A stretch of 63,130 bases of DNA, the filler included, from Octopus bimaculoides (taxonomy: Eukaryota), in assembly GCF_001194135.2 (NCBI RefSeq). It is 4 parts of 4 records of this genome, joined end to end, with 100 filler letters (N's around TTAATTAATTAA, not from the genome) between each part and the next. Parts side by side here need not be neighbours in the genome. Positions count along the whole stretch, not along the records: positions 61,035 to 63,130 come from NW_026383028.1; 3 more parts are not named here. One strand, 5' to 3'. Position numbers and translations under genes: made by a program. Under the pieces are notes generated by a model. It was not told the origin of the DNA, searched no databases, and saw nothing but the letters and a program-made list of their open reading frames with translations. Below are positions 63,091 to 63,130 of the stretch, in pieces (position 1 is the first letter of the stretch; the number at the start of each line of letters is the position of its first letter).

Positions 63091-63130
<40 letters not shown>

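Overview
AT-rich, microsatellite-dense eukaryotic draft-scaffold sequence with many N gaps and artificial TTAATTAATTAA gap linkers. The repeat complement is consistent with a coleoid cephalopod such as octopus; this is inference, not a database result. No host protein-coding exon can be confidently supported, and almost all ORFs in the supplied track are microsatellite or N-gap artefacts. Interpretable content is mostly decayed mobile DNA: R4/Dong-clade RLE LINE fragments, several abutting (TAA)n tracts; RTE LINE fragments; two Tx1/L1-clade pieces; at least three tRNA-derived SINE families; hAT-like and palindromic MITEs; a DD34D mariner; and a fossil Tc1/IS630-type transposon not visible in the ORF track. 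The best-supported functional gene is an intron-containing elongator tRNA-Met(CAT) (20714-20808, minus) with a Pol III terminator. Top leads: (i) that intron-bearing tRNA-Met and nearby tRNA-Met fragments; (ii) two Penelope-type minimal hammerhead ribozymes, one joined to a tRNA-derived Pol III head (candidate ribozyme-carrying SINE); (iii) a young Tx1-like LINE bracketed by (GATA)n; (iv) chains of elements inserted in (TAA)n; (v) two short locally templated insertions. The 20.1-22.6 kb interval looks mis-ordered by the assembler.
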